DNA of 64,000 bases from positions 6,095-70,094 of the forward strand of contig CALEMB010000103.1 of NCBI GenBank assembly GCA_937902805.1, read 5' to 3'. The number at the start of each line of letters is the position of its first letter. Positions within the stretch are counted from its first letter, which is position 1. The notes beneath the pieces are model-generated. The model searched no databases and was not told the DNA's origin. It saw nothing but the letters and a program-made list of their open reading frames with translations. Both the position numbers and the translations under genes were made by a program. Positions 17,000 through 25,610 of the stretch are shown here, piece after piece. The stretch comes from an uncultured Bacteroidales bacterium (lineage in GTDB: Bacteria > Bacteroidota > Bacteroidia > Bacteroidales > F082).

Positions 17000-18913
17000 T
17001 CAATGGTCTAATGCAGCAAACACGCTGTTATTGCTCTTGAATTCGGGCACGATGACCTTCATTTGGGCCACAATCTTCATCGGGTCGCTAGTCTCAAGTT
17101 CGTCATGGAGTTTTTCGATCATGCTGTCCACTTCGGCAGTTTCGTATTTCCGCACGATGGCGTGCATGATTTTCTCGTTATCCGTCTTGATAGTGTTTTC
17201 TTCGTTGGCCAGCACTTCTTCATAGAGTTTTTCTCCTGGGCGTAGTCCTGTCTCGATGATTTCCACATCAGGACGGTGAGCCAACGTACGCATCTTTTCG
17301 GCCAAATCCCAAATCTTGACTTTCTCACCCATGTCGAAGACAAAGATATCGCCTCCGTCACCAATGGAACCAGCCTCAAGGACAAGGCTGCAAGCCTCTG
17401 GGATGGTCATAAAGTAACGGGTGATACGTTTATCAGTGACCGTGATGGGGCCGCCTTTCTCTATTTGTTTTCTGAACAACGGAACGACAGAACCGTTTGA
17501 GCCTAACACATTACCGAAGCGTGTGGTGATGAACTTGGTTTTGCCCGTACGGCTTTGCGTGTAAATCTCTGCTATGCGCTTGGTGGCACCCATGACATTG
17601 GTCGGGTTGACAGCTTTGTCGGTGGAAATCATCACGAATTTCTCCACACCATATTCCGCTGCAAGGTCGGCAACGAGTTTGGTGCCAAATACGTTGACAA
17701 ACACAGCCTCGTAGGCGTTTTCTTCCATGAAAGGTACATGCTTGTAGGCAGCGGCATGGAATACCACCTGAGGATGATACATTTCGAACACGCCTCTCAT
17801 GCGTATCGGGTCTTTCACGTTGGTGATGACGAAAGCCATGCGGTCTTTCATCTCCTTAAAGTCCTCTGTGTTGTTCATCTCGAATTGGAAGTCGTACATC
17901 GGCGACTCGGCTTGGTCAAGCATGATGAGCTTGGCAGGGTTGTAATGCATCACCTGACGGCAGATTTCACTACCAATGGAACCCGCTGCACCCGTGACCA
18001 ACACAACCTTGTTATTGATTTCACGAATGACATTGCTCTTTCCCAAAATGATGGGGTTACGTCCCAAGAGGTCTTCAATTCTGATGTCTTGGATTTGGCT
18101 TGTCGACAATTTTCCGTCCACCCATTTGTCGAATGCGGGTATGGATTTCACGGTAAGGTTGAGTGCGAGGCCCTTCTCAATGATTTCCTTGTTTCTTTCT
18201 TCGCTAAGGCTGGGAATGGCGATAATCATCACCTCAATTTTATTATCTTTGATGAATTCGGGAGTCAGCGCTATTTCAGGTGTATACACCTTGATGGTAT
18301 TGATTTGTGATTTGGCGCGTTTAGGGTCGTCGTCGACGAAAGCACAGATTTTGAATTTTGAGGTAGGGTCTTGGTTTAAGGCGCGCATCAGCACAGTTCC
18401 TCCGTCGCCAGCACCATAGATGATAGCGTTCATCTTTTCACTAGCATCTTTATAAATTTCATTGTACAAACGTCTGATGGTAAAGCGCATAATGACCATT
18501 ATCATCATAGTAATGAGATAGTGATAACCCATCACGGTAGTGCTGGGATAATAACTATCGGCAATGAAAGGACTGACATGAGAGAAGAATACTTTGGAAA
18601 TAACGAGCGCTCCAAATGTGATGGTACAAGAGGCGAATATCTTCCGAATGTCGTTGAATCCCGAATAGCGAAGCATACCGTCGTATGTTTTGCTAATAAG
18701 AAAAGCAACGAGATAAAACAATGGCAACAGCCATGTCATCTGCCAATTGATTTTTAAATCTGGCAGAGAGTTATAAAACATCATCAAATTGGCTAAGATA
18801 TAGGCAATGATGACGATAGCCATATCTACAGCCAAAATCCACACACGGGGAAGTGTGTTGCTTTTATGCTTTCCGAAGATAAAATCACAAAAACGTTTGA
18901 TCAGTTTTCTCAT
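17000..18913 (-). CDS. CapD/WbpM-type polysaccharide biosynthesis protein (membrane-anchored NDP-sugar 4,6-dehydratase/epimerase)
   Basis: 637 aa with a multi-TM N-terminus, Rossmann motifs IYGAGDGG and VTGAAGSIGSE, and the catalytic motif AAYKHVP. Confidence 0.9.
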   Translation of the reverse strand: MRKLIKRFCDFIFGKHKSNTLPRVWILAVDMAIVIIAYILANLMMFYNSLPDLKINWQMTWLLPLFYLVAFLISKTYDGMLRYSGFNDIRKIFASCTITFGALVISKVFFSHVSPFIADSYYPSTTVMGYHYLITMMIMVIMRFTIRRLYNEIYKDASEKMNAIIYGAGDGGTVLMRALNQDPTSKFKICAFVDDDPKRAKSQINTIKVYTPEIALTPEFIKDNKIEVMIIAIPSLSEERNKEIIEKGLALNLTVKSIPAFDKWVDGKLSTSQIQDIRIEDLLGRNPIILGKSNVIREINNKVVLVTGAAGSIGSEICRQVMHYNPAKLIMLDQAESPMYDFQFEMNNTEDFKEMKDRMAFVITNVKDPIRMRGVFEMYHPQVVFHAAAYKHVPFMEENAYEAVFVNVFGTKLVADLAAEYGVEKFVMISTDKAVNPTNVMGATKRIAEIYTQSRTGKTKFITTRFGNVLGSNGSVVPLFRKQIEKGGPITVTDKRITRYFMTIPEACSLVLEAGSIGDGGDIFVFDMGEKVKIWDLAEKMRTLAHRPDVEIIETGLRPGEKLYEEVLANEENTIKTDNEKIMHAIVRKYETAEVDSMIEKLHDELETSDPMKIVAQMKVIVPEFKSNNSVFAALDH

Positions 18914-18961
18914 AACTTGGAGAATTTAAAACCTGCAATAATACGATATTTTTTTATATCT

Positions 18962-19285
18962 TTAAAATATTTTTTTCATAAGGTGCCATTTTCCTGTCGA
19001 CGGTAGATTGGGGTCGGCTCCTTGACATTGGGCGACATGGGCTTCCCATTCGGCTTGACGAGGCAGTGTAGCAAGACGCGCCATGTCCTTTTCCCAGTCG
19101 AAATTGTCAACCGTGTCGCAAATCATAAATACATGGTTTTCATAACGATAAATCTGCATATCAAGAATACCGACGGCACGCTGTCCTTCGATCACTTCGG
19201 GCCACACATGGGCGTGGAGTTCGCAATATCTTTCGATAAGTTTGGGGTCGTTGACGAGTTCGAGGGTTTGGCAATATCTTTTCAT
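18962..19285 (-). CDS. L-rhamnose mutarotase (RhaM) family sugar mutarotase
   Basis: Trimmed to the ATG at 19285 (MKRYCQTLELVNDP...HAHVWPEV...), which overlaps the fucP stop as ATGA. The size and the Y..H..VWPE pattern resemble RhaM. Confidence 0.7.
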   Translation of the reverse strand: MKRYCQTLELVNDPKLIERYCELHAHVWPEVIEGQRAVGILDMQIYRYENHVFMICDTVDNFDWEKDMARLATLPRQAEWEAHVAQCQGADPNLPSTGKWHLMKKIF

Positions 19286-20577
19286 GATTTTTGGGTTTTG
19301 GTGATGAAACAACCGTAAAACACGATGACAAAGAAGCAGATTAATGGTAAAACAAAGCTCAAATTCACCGAGGCAATGCTTCCTATACCACTGCCATCTA
19401 TGATACGGGCTTGCAAAGGAGGTAATACCGAGCCGCCCAGGATAGCCATGATGAGCCCTGCAGCACCCAGTTTGGCATCTTCACCCGTGTCGGTCAAGGC
19501 GATGCCATAAATGGTCGGGAACATGAGACTCATGCATGCCGAGACCGCCACTAAGCAATACATTCCTGCCCTGCCGTCAAGGAAGATGACACCTAGCAAT
19601 AAAACAGCGCCAGCAGTTCCCAAATAAGTAAGCAATTTGGACGGGGAAACATATTTAAGCAGGAAAGTGCAGATAAAGCGGCTGGCGCAAAATATGGCCA
19701 TGGCAACGATGTTATAGCGTTGTGAAAGTACCTCGGCAGCTTGTTCCGTCATGCCTTCGTTCATGAAGACGCGTGTGCCGTATTGGATGATGAAAGTCCA
19801 GCACATGATTTGCACACCAACATAGAAAAACTGCGCTATCACGCCATAACGGTAAGGTTTGTTTTGCCAAAGACGTTTCACTGTCGGACCAAACTTCTGA
19901 TCCGTGGTTTCTTCTGTTTTGGCTTGTGTCTTCACCAATAACAAGATGACCACAAAAAAGACCACCAAAACAGCGCCAATGATGACGTATGGACGACTCA
20001 ACACAGCAAGATCCGCGTTCTTAATGGCTTCAAATTGTTCGTCGTTGAGCAAAGCACGTTCTTCTGTACTCAACGGGTTGAGTTTCGCTTGGATGAACTT
20101 CATGGCTATAAACATACCCGCCAACGAGCCAATAGGATTAAATGCTTGGGCGAGGTTGAGACGACGCGTGGCCGTGTCTTTGTCACCCAAAGAGAGAATG
20201 TAAGGATTGGCTGTGGTTTCAAGGAAAGAGAGGCCACAAGTGAGTACAAAATAAGCGATCAGGAAAGGATAATAGTTGCCTGTTGCCTTGGCGGGGATGA
20301 ACATCAACGCACCAAGTGCATAGAGTCCAAGTCCCATTAATAGACCAGCTTTGTAAGAGTACTTGCGCACAAACAAGGCGGCGGGTAAAGCCATGCAAAA
20401 ATATCCGCCATAAAAAGCTAGCTGCACCAAAGCGCCGTCTGTGACGCTCATGCGGAAAATCTTGGAAAAGGCTTTCACCATGGGGTTGGTGATGTCGTTG
20501 GCGAAGCCCCACAGAGCAAAGCAACAAGTCACCAAGCTAAAGGCCAAAAGGTATTTCTTTTCTACTATTTTGTTCAT
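19282..20577 (-). CDS. fucP: L-fucose:H+ symporter-type MFS permease
   Basis: 431 aa with 12 predicted TM segments. The N-terminal sequence FALWGFANDITNPMVKAF...ETTANPYILSLG is typical of FucP. Confidence 0.8.
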   Translation of the reverse strand: MNKIVEKKYLLAFSLVTCCFALWGFANDITNPMVKAFSKIFRMSVTDGALVQLAFYGGYFCMALPAALFVRKYSYKAGLLMGLGLYALGALMFIPAKATGNYYPFLIAYFVLTCGLSFLETTANPYILSLGDKDTATRRLNLAQAFNPIGSLAGMFIAMKFIQAKLNPLSTEERALLNDEQFEAIKNADLAVLSRPYVIIGAVLVVFFVVILLLVKTQAKTEETTDQKFGPTVKRLWQNKPYRYGVIAQFFYVGVQIMCWTFIIQYGTRVFMNEGMTEQAAEVLSQRYNIVAMAIFCASRFICTFLLKYVSPSKLLTYLGTAGAVLLLGVIFLDGRAGMYCLVAVSACMSLMFPTIYGIALTDTGEDAKLGAAGLIMAILGGSVLPPLQARIIDGSGIGSIASVNLSFVLPLICFFVIVFYGCFITKTQKS

Positions 20578-21743
20578 TTTCTTCTGATTTTAAGTGCAAC
20601 AGCTTCTTGATGCTTTTGACAGAATGAAGTAGCCTCTTTGACCACGCAAGCCAAATAACCGCCACCACCGGCACCAGGCATTTTCCAGGCCATCACATCA
20701 TCCATGGTGGAGTATTTGTCAATGTAGCTTTGCACCGACCCTTGAATCATGGCAGGGAACATGGCCGTTTGAGCGTTAAAAGAGGCTTTATAGGCTGCTG
20801 CAAACGCGGTCAAATCTTTGTTCATAATGGCAGTCCAACAATCATCGGCAGCTTGAGCTAAAGCCTTAACTTTCGGCTCGGTGATATCCTTGCCTTCCAC
20901 TACCGAACAGCCTGGACGACGCGGCTCCATAGGAATCATAACCAAACTGTTTTCAAGCCAACTTAAAATGGCTTCGTCTTGACAGGTCTCGATTTTGATT
21001 GGCCAGTAGAGTTTGTCGTAGTAATGTCTTACCAACCCTGGCATACAGATGCCGATGCTGTCTTGTGCTCCACTGATGATGCCGTCGCTGCGCTCAGGGT
21101 CGTTTTCAAAGCAAAAGACGAGTTTGGCAAGCGTCTCGGGGTCCATTTCGGGAAGTTGCATGGGCCAGATTTTCTTGATGGTATTGCGTGTTGAGGTAGA
21201 GAGGCCGCAACGTTCGCGTATTTCAAATGTCGGCTCCAACGAAATGGTAATCGCCCAACCAGGAGCAAAACACGAAACATACGGCTGGTCGATCCAAGTG
21301 CCGGCCAAGTCCAATCGTGTAGGTATCTGACAAAGGTCGCGTTTCAATGACGTTGATGAACGCGCTTCCAAGCCTTCCGAAGGTGTGCGTTGTAGCACCA
21401 CGTATTCTATGCCACGCTCCTCACAAAAACGGCGTTTCTCTTGCGAGGAACCATCTTCGTTGACTACAAAAATGTCGGGTTTCAAGCGATCTACTGTGCC
21501 TATGAAATCCATTACACCATCACCATCGTTGATAAAGGCATCTTTCACATAACGGATGGCCTTCACCATAAAAAGGCGTTCCTTTTCGGGATAGAGCGTC
21601 TTGTGGTTCTTGTAGTGCAGTATAGTCATATCTGAGCCTATGCCAACGTAGAGGTCGCCATATTGCGCCGCCTGCCTGAAAAACTCGACATGGCCACTGT
21701 GCAGCAAGTCGTAACAGCCTGAGACAAATACTTTTTTTGTCAT
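20574..21743 (-). CDS. fusion of a cytidylyltransferase-fold nucleotidyltransferase and a GHMP-family sugar kinase
   Basis: Trimmed to the ATG at 21743 (MTKKVFVSGCYDLLHSGHVEF, HxGH motif). The C-terminal half carries GHMP-like RLDLAGTW, CGLSTSTRN, SGAQDS and MPGAGGGGYL. The stop overlaps the fucP start. Confidence 0.7.
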   Translation of the reverse strand: MTKKVFVSGCYDLLHSGHVEFFRQAAQYGDLYVGIGSDMTILHYKNHKTLYPEKERLFMVKAIRYVKDAFINDGDGVMDFIGTVDRLKPDIFVVNEDGSSQEKRRFCEERGIEYVVLQRTPSEGLEARSSTSLKRDLCQIPTRLDLAGTWIDQPYVSCFAPGWAITISLEPTFEIRERCGLSTSTRNTIKKIWPMQLPEMDPETLAKLVFCFENDPERSDGIISGAQDSIGICMPGLVRHYYDKLYWPIKIETCQDEAILSWLENSLVMIPMEPRRPGCSVVEGKDITEPKVKALAQAADDCWTAIMNKDLTAFAAAYKASFNAQTAMFPAMIQGSVQSYIDKYSTMDDVMAWKMPGAGGGGYLACVVKEATSFCQKHQEAVALKIRRK

Positions 21744-21760
21744 AGCGTCTAATTTTGCCG

Positions 21761-21768
21761 CAAAGATA
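21761..21768 (-). promoter_or_regulatory. -7 box (TATCTTTG) of the sugar salvage operon
   Basis: Exact match in the 47-nt spacer after the SprT-like gene, 17 nt upstream of the ATG at 21743. Confidence 0.55.
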
Positions 21769-21790
21769 AGGAATTGTTCACCAAAAACAA

Positions 21791-22408
21791 TCAAAGTTGC
21801 GTGACTTCCGCTAAGGCAGCCACAAAATACCAACGACCATTGCTCTCGCAGTAGCATTTGTAACGGGTGCGTTGTTTCTCCCCTTTTTGGAAAACGAGAC
21901 CGTTTTTCAACATAAATCTAGCGCCATCTGACAGGCTTTCCACTGTGGTCGCAGTGGTGGTGTTTTTGTCATATTGTCGCAGCACCCGTTGCAGGTTCTG
22001 GTCAGCAGTGCTGCTGGCTTTGATATGCTGTAAGTGCTTTTGCAAGGCATCAAGAATTTCTTGTGGAAAGATGCTTACGATCATAAAAGGCTGTAACAAA
22101 GATGCAAACTGGTTTTGCCATTCCGTTCCATGGGGCTGCACCCTTCGTGATCCATATTGCTGATACACATCATAATGCGCCACCTCATGCAGATAGGTGA
22201 TGAGCATTTGGTAGGGGTTCAAGTCATAATTAAGGGTAATGGTGCAGATGCCGTTTTTCGTCCTTGGTGGACGAAAATCACCTAACTTGGAATTGCGTGG
22301 CCGCTTGAAATGCAACATGAAACGTCGCTGTGAATACACCTCGCCCACCATCGTCACCGATGTCTCAGGGAAGTAGCGTTTCAACAGTTCCAGTTCCTCA
22401 GCCTTCAT
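21791..22408 (-). CDS. SprT-like zinc metalloprotease domain protein
   Basis: 205 aa with the HExxH motif in YLHEVAHYDVYQQYG. Confidence 0.65.
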   Translation of the reverse strand: MKAEELELLKRYFPETSVTMVGEVYSQRRFMLHFKRPRNSKLGDFRPPRTKNGICTITLNYDLNPYQMLITYLHEVAHYDVYQQYGSRRVQPHGTEWQNQFASLLQPFMIVSIFPQEILDALQKHLQHIKASSTADQNLQRVLRQYDKNTTTATTVESLSDGARFMLKNGLVFQKGEKQRTRYKCYCESNGRWYFVAALAEVTQL

Positions 22409-22577
22409 CGTTGTGCAGCAGTTCGTATTCTAAGGTTTCCTGTGGAGTATAACTCCACTTGGTGCAGGAGTTGCAATGCCGAGGAGCACGACGGCGACCT
22501 GGTACTTCCTTGGTTTTGCAGGAAGAGGCTACGAGGGTTAAGCCTAACAGTAACAATATCAATAGTTTCTTTCTCAT
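22398..22577 (-). CDS. 59-aa lipoprotein with CxxC motif
   Basis: Trimmed to the ATG at 22577 (MRKKLLILLLLGLTLVASSC), with motif HCNSC. There is an ATGA overlap with the upstream M23 gene and an 11-nt overlap with the SprT-like gene. Confidence 0.45.
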   Translation of the reverse strand: MRKKLLILLLLGLTLVASSCKTKEVPGRRRAPRHCNSCTKWSYTPQETLEYELLHNDEG

Positions 22578-23851
22578 TGCGATAACCAATTTGCCGGGTC
22601 TTGTCGGCTTTGTTCTTTGAGGAGTTCGAAATGCAGTTCGGTCTTGTTTTCGGTCTTGTTGGTATGGACCGTGCCGAGGTTTTGCTTGGTCTTCACCTTG
22701 TCGCCGCGTTTCACCATGACGTCTTCAAGGTTGGAATACACCGTGAAATATTCTCCATGGCGCAAAATCACCACGGTGTTGGCGCCTGTCAGCTTGGTGA
22801 CACTGGCCACTTCACCAGCGAATACGGCACGTGCCTTGGCACCATCAATAGTGGCGATGTCGATACCGTTGTTGGTCACAATGACCTTGTCAGACACCAC
22901 GGAAGTATGTTTACCATAAGAAGATGAAACCACACCACGTTCCACAGGCCAAGGCAGCTTGCCCTTGTTGCTGACAAAGCTGGTCGATAGTGTCTTCTCA
23001 TCAGGTGTCAGTGCCATACCTTTTTCTTTCGGTGCAGGTGCAGTGGTCTTGCCCTGGCTTTTGTTTTTTGCCGCCTCTTCCTTGCGCTTTCTCTCCGCCT
23101 CTTCGTTGGCCTTTCGGATTTCCTCTGCGATAATGTCGTCGATGGCTTTCTGAAGCTTTTGTGCCTGCTGTTGCTTGTTATTGATGTCTTGCTGTATGCT
23201 ACCTTCTTTTTTCTTCAGGTTGGCCACTTGGCTGTTGAGTTCTTCCTTTTCTTTCGTAAGTTCTTCCTGCTGTGCTTTCTCGTCTTTCAGCATGGCGGCT
23301 TGTTCCTCGCGTGCCTGTTGGCTGGCTTTCACAGCATTGCTGATTTCCCGTTCGGTGTTGGCGATTTGGTCCATCTTTATCTTTCTGGCATCGGTGAACT
23401 CACGGATATAACGCAGCCTGCGGAAGGCTTGGTTGAAGTCTTTTGAGGCGAACACAAAGCCCAAAAGATTGTAATTGTTACGGTTTTTGTTGGCGAAAAC
23501 AATCATCTTCGCATATTCCTTCTGTAGCTTGCTGAGGGTGGAATTCAACGTTTTGATGTTGCTTTGTCCGGCATTGATTTCTTCATCGAGGACGACAATC
23601 TGCTCATTATAAGCCTTGATGAGTTTTTCCCTTTGCTTGATTTTCTTGTTGAGAATCGACACCTCGTTAAGGGTCATCTCCTTGTCTTTGGTGGTCTTTT
23701 TCAGCAGTTGATTGGCGGTTGAAATCTCGTTTTGTAACGAGGTGATTTCACTCTGCAACTGCTGTTTCGACTTGCCTTTCGTTTTTTGTCCAAACGATGG
23801 GTAGGCCAAAGCCAACGACAACAAAACCAATATGATAGGCAATCTCTTCAT
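22574..23851 (-). CDS. EnvC-like coiled-coil protein with degenerate LytM/M23 domain (murein hydrolase activator type)
   Basis: 425 aa with a signal peptide and a long coiled coil. The C-terminal LytM domain reads NNGIDIA instead of HxGxD, and ELHFE instead of HLHFE. Confidence 0.8.
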   Translation of the reverse strand: MKRLPIILVLLSLALAYPSFGQKTKGKSKQQLQSEITSLQNEISTANQLLKKTTKDKEMTLNEVSILNKKIKQREKLIKAYNEQIVVLDEEINAGQSNIKTLNSTLSKLQKEYAKMIVFANKNRNNYNLLGFVFASKDFNQAFRRLRYIREFTDARKIKMDQIANTEREISNAVKASQQAREEQAAMLKDEKAQQEELTKEKEELNSQVANLKKKEGSIQQDINNKQQQAQKLQKAIDDIIAEEIRKANEEAERKRKEEAAKNKSQGKTTAPAPKEKGMALTPDEKTLSTSFVSNKGKLPWPVERGVVSSSYGKHTSVVSDKVIVTNNGIDIATIDGAKARAVFAGEVASVTKLTGANTVVILRHGEYFTVYSNLEDVMVKRGDKVKTKQNLGTVHTNKTENKTELHFELLKEQSRQDPANWLSQ

Positions 23852-24405
23852 TTCATTTTCGGCAACAGAATACGCTCCATTTTATCGGTGATTTTCAAAG
23901 GAAAGGACGTTTCTTCATCCAATTGTACTTTGTTGTATTTCACTTTGGCGGAATAGTTGCCAAAGGCGAAGTTCTTCAGCAGAACTATTTGGTTTTCAAC
24001 GGGAGGAACGCCTTCATTATTGTCCAAAAGCAGAGTTTCAATCCAAGGCAAACCAATAGGCATTCCAAAATGTTGAGCAACATCAGCCAAAGGTTCAGCC
24101 ATATAGGTCTTTTCCAATCGGTTAATGACCCAAACGGAATCAGTGCTAACTTTGACGCGTGCCACTTCCACGCCCATTGGGGCCGTCAAGCTGAGCCAAA
24201 CAAGACTGTCTTTACGCATCCTCAACTGACCAGACAAATCATCGAACGACAATCCACTGCCTTCAACTTGTATATCAAACTTGGCGGTTAGCCATTCAAA
24301 TGACTGCTGTGGCGTAGGCTGTACCATTTTTTTGCGCGCGGAACAGGAAGAGGCCAGCACCGTGATGCTAACTAACAGGATTGCTATTTTTGTTTGGCGT
24401 GACAT
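23848..24405 (-). CDS. DUF4292-like (LolB-like) lipoprotein
   Basis: ATG at 24405; the track start at 24408 is TTG. The lipobox is VLASSC. The gene has the usual Bacteroidota placement next to the M23/TPR/dut genes. Confidence 0.65.
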   Translation of the reverse strand: MSRQTKIAILLVSITVLASSCSARKKMVQPTPQQSFEWLTAKFDIQVEGSGLSFDDLSGQLRMRKDSLVWLSLTAPMGVEVARVKVSTDSVWVINRLEKTYMAEPLADVAQHFGMPIGLPWIETLLLDNNEGVPPVENQIVLLKNFAFGNYSAKVKYNKVQLDEETSFPLKITDKMERILLPKMK

Positions 24406-24415
24406 CAAATGGAAA

Positions 24416-25597
24416 TTAAATCTTTATACCAACGGTAATCTCCATCATGGACGCGTGGGCGAATTGGTGGGCCTTGCAATCGATGGCGAGGAAAAGTCCT
24501 TCCAGTTTCGGGAAGTTGTATTTCATGCCAACTCGCTGATAACAACGTCCTTCTTGGTCATGCAAGCCTGCGTGTTTATGTAGGTAGATTCCGAAATTGC
24601 CAAACACGGTGAAATTGCCGTAGTAGAATTGCTGCAAAAAACTGAGACCACAACTGAAGGCGTCGTAATGTCCATATTCGTCTATTGTTTCGTCGCCATA
24701 GAGAATGCGCTCAAATTGTTCCACGCGCTGAAGATATTCACGGTCGGTGTGATACAAATCGAGGTTGACACCCGAGGAGACGTGTGGAAGGTAACGGAAA
24801 TTAATGTTGCCCCCTGCGGTCAGGATGGGCCAGGGCGTACTAGTGCCAAAGACTTCCCATTCGGTTATGCTTCTGTGAAGGCCGCCACCGACATAGAATT
24901 CTCCATAGACAAAGCGCTCCTTCGGCCACAACTCAGGCTCATATTTGCGGGGCGGAGGAGGCATATTGTAATAGCGTAGCGAGAGGCTCGCTCCAGTTCC
25001 ATTCAGACCACGGTTGGGACACGAAAGGTAGCCTGTCGAACCATGCTCAACATGTATGTCAGCACCTATTTCCCATCGCTCGGTGAACCGAAACTTCGCC
25101 TTGAGGCCAGCCCGTGCAAAAATAAGCAAGGGTGACGATACAGCGGTGTTCAACGGATTGTTGTTGGAATCATGGATGACATTGCTGAGCCCGAAGCCGA
25201 TTTGCCCGTCGAAACCTATCGAGATCCTTTTGGTCCTAAAAAAGTCGCCTTCCATAAAGCCAGTCATGTTGACGACGCTTCCCAAGCGTGATTCTTCGTT
25301 ATACTTCATGGTAGACAATCCCAACCAACCAAAGGAAAAGCCGACGTTGGGGTATCCATATAGTCTGGCGTATGGATGGTCGTTCTCGTTTGTTTGGTAA
25401 CCGATACGCACATCAGCGACGGGATAGCGATAACTCGCCAACATTTCATCGTAACCGTCAAAAGTATTGACAACAGTTCCCACGCCTCCTTGCACAGCAA
25501 CATTCCAATGGCGTTGGGCATGAAGCAAGTTTCCTGTCATTGCCAACCCAAACAACATCATTCCTGCAACGGTTCTATATAGTCTTCTGCTTCTCAT
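24416..25597 (-). CDS. outer-membrane beta-barrel protein, acyloxyacyl hydrolase/PagL-like (tentative)
   Basis: ATG at 25597; the track start at 25609 is TTG. It has a signal peptide ending LLHAQ, alternating beta-strand pattern and a terminal aromatic-rich strand. The family call is from memory. Confidence 0.45.
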   Translation of the reverse strand: MRSRRLYRTVAGMMLFGLAMTGNLLHAQRHWNVAVQGGVGTVVNTFDGYDEMLASYRYPVADVRIGYQTNENDHPYARLYGYPNVGFSFGWLGLSTMKYNEESRLGSVVNMTGFMEGDFFRTKRISIGFDGQIGFGLSNVIHDSNNNPLNTAVSSPLLIFARAGLKAKFRFTERWEIGADIHVEHGSTGYLSCPNRGLNGTGASLSLRYYNMPPPPRKYEPELWPKERFVYGEFYVGGGLHRSITEWEVFGTSTPWPILTAGGNINFRYLPHVSSGVNLDLYHTDREYLQRVEQFERILYGDETIDEYGHYDAFSCGLSFLQQFYYGNFTVFGNFGIYLHKHAGLHDQEGRCYQRVGMKYNFPKLEGLFLAIDCKAHQFAHASMMEITVGIKI

Positions 25598-25610
25598 GTT
25601 CGATATCAAA

